Source: Lama glama (taxonomy: Eukaryota). Taken from it: DNA of 64,000 bases. Shown piece by piece: positions 62,451 through 64,000 of this stretch. Numbering within the stretch: position 1 is the first letter of the stretch; every line of letters begins with the position of its first letter. The stretch is from contig CM052816.1 in assembly GCA_028534125.1 (NCBI GenBank), forward strand, positions 97,094,001 to 97,158,000. Reading direction: 5' to 3'. Both the position numbers and the translations under genes were made by a program. The notes beneath the pieces are model-generated. The model had not been told where the DNA came from. It searched no databases and saw nothing but the letters and a program-made list of their open reading frames with translations.

Positions 62451-62464
62451 GCAGCAGGGGGCGC
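62451..62464 (+). promoter_or_regulatory. Candidate CTCF core motif
   Basis: GCAGCAGGGGGCGC matches the core consensus CCAGCAGGGGGCGC at 13/14. Motif match only. Confidence 0.35.
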
Positions 62465-62679
62465 CCTCAGCCGGGCTCTGCAGAGAATCTTCCCACCAAC
62501 AGCTCTGAAGGAGCCAGATTTATGCCTCAAGTTTCTTCCCCAGAGCAGGGCTCAGATGGGGGTTGGTGGTGGCCTTAAATGTATCATCCAACAAAATTCC
62601 GTTTAATGCTCTGAATATGCAATATCTTGCAGGGTCCTCCAGCTGGAGGAAAGTGTTTAGCATTATTGTTTAGTGCACT

Positions 62680-62780
62680 GCATGGTTATTCACCATAGCC
62701 AACAGTTGGAAGCAACACAAGTGTCCATCAACAGATGAGTGGATAAACAATATGTGGTCTCTACCTAGAATGGAATGCTT
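62680..62780 (+). mobile_element. Short L1 fragment (end of ORF2)
   Basis: TTATTCACCATAGCCAACAGTTGGAAGCAACACAAGTGTCCATCAACAGATGAGTGGATAAACAA. Confidence 0.75.
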
Positions 62781-64000
62781 TGAATAATATTAATACCACA
62801 GACGACAGGCAGATCTGCAGTCCAGAGGAGAAGCCATAATAAGTGTAAAGAGCAGAGATTCAAACAGAAGATCATAGCCATCTAGCTCATATTCCGTTAG
62901 GAGATGATGGCGTTTGCCTGGATTCTGGCAAATTCAGACCGTATTTATGTATTTGCATCCTCATTGACTGGGGTTGGTGTTTTTATTTAAAAGAAAATTA
63001 TTAAGATCGATGCTTTTGTGTCTGTATACAGAAACTGTCTGTAGAGATGATAATAACAATTTTAAGAGCAGAAAACACAATACTACTACTTTAGGAGAAT
63101 ATTTAAATCCAGCTCAGATTCCATATCACAGTCAATTAGGTAAAATAGTATCTAGTTATTACATAGGCATAGTATTGAGATTATGAAATCTAAAAAATTA
63201 CTGTTTGTGTTTTTAGAATACAGCATGGTGATAATATTGTCAAATATACCATCTAATAGGAATATGGCCTACTCTGCTCATAGGCTCTTGTGGGCAGACA
63301 CACATGATTTTTTTCTGCTCCTATGATACACTAGGTAAAATTACAAACTGGTGGCCTTAAAAACTACTGCCTCTTCCTGCCTCCCGTATACGTGGAGGCT
63401 GTCCTGGAAAACTGTCATGATCCTCTTCAGCCCCGCCAAGGGCAACAGCTGGAACTACTCACTAAAGACGTGGGTTTGGCACCTGCTGGGTTCAGGACAA
63501 CAGACTCAGGATGCAGTAAGTACAATTCCTTCTCCTGCTTTGCCTTCATATGTGCCTCCCAGCCCTCCCCACCCCCCATCCCCAACCATGCAATCGTTTT
63601 TAAACCTATTATGCCAAATGCTCATCATTCGCCAGGTCACAGAGGCAGGCAGCCTCCCCCATCTTTCCACCTCATCACTGAGGAGAGGCAAAGGAAATAA
63701 AACTTCTGAAATATGAAAATTGGTTACACTGCCAGTGACAAGGAAACAGAAGAAGATGATGGAGATGTGACCCTGAACTATAACGACCTTGAGGGAGGAA
63801 GAGGCGGGAGACAAAGACGTCAGAGGGAAGAGAAGAAACCAATGGTGGGAGAAAAGGAGAAAAAAGCCTAAGACCTTAAAACAGAAGGAAACTGGGGGAA
63901 AAATGGGGACATTGATTCCATTTGCAGCTCTGAATAAAAGTTACAACTTGGGTCTTGACATGATCATTTTCTTCAGTTTATTCTCTTTTGGGTTCAGTAT

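Overview
Mammalian genomic DNA holding the 3' part of adenylate cyclase 2 (ADCY2) on the minus strand. There are ten coding exons, equivalent to human exons 16-25 as I recall the human structure. All have GT-AG boundaries with matching phases and splice into an uninterrupted 1326-nt frame (441 aa plus stop). This frame covers part of the second transmembrane cassette, the helical linker and the whole C2 catalytic domain, with the catalytic motifs intact. The start of the 3' UTR occupies 1-459. The introns hold ordinary mammalian repeats (L1, L2, MIR, MLT1, MER20, microsatellites) and six tRNA-derived SINEs that resemble camelid vic-1 elements, so the source is probably a camelid (inference). 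There are three 500-N placeholder gaps. I found no second gene, RNA gene or CRISPR array, and I cannot claim a new biological system. The best unexplained signal is a sharply bounded 91-bp, 87/91-identical inverted repeat of apparently non-TE sequence in the penultimate intron. Other leads: a G-run/GC-box/CCAAT cluster just after exon 20, inverted L1 tails bracketing in-frame exon pairs, a strongly AT-to-GC-shifted L1 relic, a Ser-Glu duplication in exon 17, and substitutions in the QEHA G-beta-gamma contact region. Repeat family names and comparisons with human or rat come from recall, not from searches; repeat boundaries are approximate.
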